Assembly: GCA_902623535.1 (NCBI GenBank)
Contig: CACNUA010000001.1
Span: forward strand, 45,711 to 109,710
Length of the DNA: 64,000 bases
Reading direction: 5' to 3'
Source of the DNA: an uncultured SAR86 cluster bacterium
Lineage (GTDB): Bacteria > Pseudomonadota > Gammaproteobacteria > Magnimaribacterales > D2472
Below the pieces are notes generated by a model, which saw only the letters and a program-made list of their open reading frames with translations, ran no database searches and was not told the origin of the DNA. The position numbers and the translations under genes are program-made. Positions 63,191 through 64,000 of this stretch are shown here, one piece after another (the stretch's first letter is position 1; each line of letters begins with the position of its first letter).

Positions 63191-64000
<810 letters not shown>

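Overview
The window is an AT-rich, very compact stretch of core chromosome. By my hand tally only about 1 kb of the 64 kb lies outside called CDS or RNA genes. It looks like a genome-streamlined gammaproteobacterium; I cannot name the lineage from sequence alone. Gene order follows, block by block, the arrangement I remember from Pseudomonas-type genomes:
- nusA-infB-rbfA-truB-rpsO-pnp
- two small paralogous membrane ORFs
- (minus strand) lolB-ispE-tRNA-Gln-prs-rplY-pth-ychF-tRNA-Met
- hemA-prfA-prmC-moeB plus a GH84-like hydrolase
- acyl-CoA ligase plus MaoC dehydratase
- (minus strand) gatC-gatA-gatB
- mreBCD plus a YhdP/AsmA-like protein
- (minus strand) kdsD-lptA-lptB-rpoN-mgtE
- mlaC-ibaG-murA
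- degS-like protease
- zapE
- rplM-rpsI-petABC-sspA
- lpoA-like lipoprotein
- rsmI-rnpB-mraZ-[ftsZ]-rsmH-ftsL-ftsI-murE-murF-mraY-murD-ftsW-murG-murC-ddl-ftsQ-ftsA
- rpsF-rpsR-rplI-dnaB-alr
- a ferritin-like diiron protein
- pyrG (3' end outside the window)

I found no mobile element, CRISPR array, prophage, toxin-antitoxin pair, or recognisable defence or secondary-metabolite cluster. I therefore do not claim a large novel system here. The observations worth a second look are architectural:
1. ftsZ has moved from its canonical position after ftsA to between mraZ and rsmH. It sits directly downstream of a four-unit, 10-bp-periodic AAAGTGTG-type repeat array that looks like an MraZ operator.
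2. Two tandem paralogous small membrane proteins of unknown family are separated by a perfect 15-bp hairpin.
3. A cytoplasmic GH84 (O-GlcNAcase-like) gene with intact catalytic motifs is translationally coupled to the hemA-prfA-prmC-moeB operon.
4. The envelope lipid-transport loci are pruned: there is no kdsC or lptC between kdsD and lptA, and mlaC stands alone without mlaFED or mlaB.
5. Gene packing is extreme. tRNA-Gln sits with 0 nt and 6 nt spacers between ispE and prs. Divergent start codons lie 10-31 nt apart or overlap. Convergent genes share stop-codon nucleotides.

All functional calls rest on motif recognition and remembered synteny. No database search was possible.
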